Made by a program: the position numbers and the translations under genes
Part shown: in pieces, positions 63,391 to 64,000 of the stretch
Position numbering within the stretch: position 1 is the first letter of the stretch
Layout of the letters: the number at the start of each line of letters is the position of its first letter
The notes under the pieces: model-generated
Databases searched by the model: none
What the model saw: the letters and a program-made list of their open reading frames with translations, nothing else
Told to the model about the DNA's origin: nothing
NCBI GenBank assembly: GCA_026770705.1
Contig: JANJGN010000546.1
Span: forward strand, 310,001-374,000
DNA length: 64,000 bases
Direction: 5' to 3'
DNA from: Isurus oxyrinchus
Taxonomy: Eukaryota

Positions 63391-63665
63391 TTAACCCACT
63401 CCCAGGCTGGATCAGTCTCCCTCTCACTATTCCCGGCGTGGGTTACATTTAAAATTCCTGTGGGGATATGTTCACTTCCTTGGAATTGCCTCTTCCCAGC
63501 TTTGCAAAAAAGTTGGGCGGGGGCGGGGGGGGGGCTCGATTTCAAACATGCCTCCTGAGTATAACCGAGACAGACTGCCACTGAAATCAGCTTGAAATCA
63601 GAAAACTTTCTGTGGAAGAAACGAGCAGGGAGAAACCTTAAAATAAGGAATGAATTTCCACCTAC

Positions 63666-63722
63666 CGTGTCCGGGGAATCCACAGATTTCTCAATCGTCG
63701 AAGAACCTAAAGCAGTGTCAAC
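63666..63722 (-). other. Possible 57-nt exon of a convergent neighbouring gene (VDTALGSSTIEKSVDSPDT)
   Basis: Minus-strand ttctttctttttgcag acceptor and ACG|gtaggt donor, open; no homology recognised. Confidence 0.3.
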
Positions 63723-64000
63723 CTGCAAAAAGAAAGAATTTATCAGGGAGAAAGTGAGAGGAGGATTGAGGGAGAGGGAGAGAGAGAGAGAGAGGTACAG
63801 GAGATACAGGGGGAGGAGGACAGACTTGCATTTCTCTAACGCCTTTCACCACATCCCAAAGCATTTCACAGCCACTGAAGGATGTTTTTGAAGTGCACTC
63901 ACACTGTAGGAAATGTGGCAGCTGATTTGTGCACAGCAAGATCCCACAAATAGCAATGTGATCATGGCCTAGATCATCTGTTTTTGGTGATGTTGGGTGA

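Overview
Eukaryotic, intron-rich DNA. The repeat landscape (33-bp CAGTGCAGCACTCCCTCAGTACTGACCCTCCGA arrays, CR1/L2 LINEs, tRNA-SINE, Penelope-like hammerhead repeats) suggests a cartilaginous fish; this is an inference. The window holds a + strand tandem cluster of three Siglec/CD22/MAG-like Ig-superfamily receptor genes, reconstructed by hand from splice sites and exon phases. Gene A (ATG 1167, stop 17513): leader-V(Thr)-V(Arg)-C2a-C2b-TM with a 12-aa tail, 497 aa predicted. Gene B (ATG 20625, stop 45858): leader-V(Thr)-V(Arg)-V(Arg)-C2a-4xC2b, a different uncharged TM, and a long tail with three YxN tyrosines ending in the ITIM SVYGNL, ~994 aa predicted. Gene C (49042-53274): leader frameshifted from the usual ATG, V exons deleted, intact C2a, and an A-type TM carrying Arg; probably a pseudogene. 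Ectodomain exons are nearly identical while TM/tail modules are of opposite signalling type, which is the layout of a paired inhibitory/activating receptor family. Most unusual points: (1) tandem V-set domains where the outer V lacks the essential sialic-acid-binding Arg and the inner Vs have an extra B-C loop Cys placed to form a V-V interdomain disulfide; (2) an 85-nt exon that precedes each leader exon and also fits in frame as gene B's first cytoplasmic exon; (3) a LINE-derived splice donor in the ITIM tail. Most ORFs in the supplied track are repeat-derived noise or exon read-throughs. No expression data or database searches were available, and repeat boundaries are approximate.
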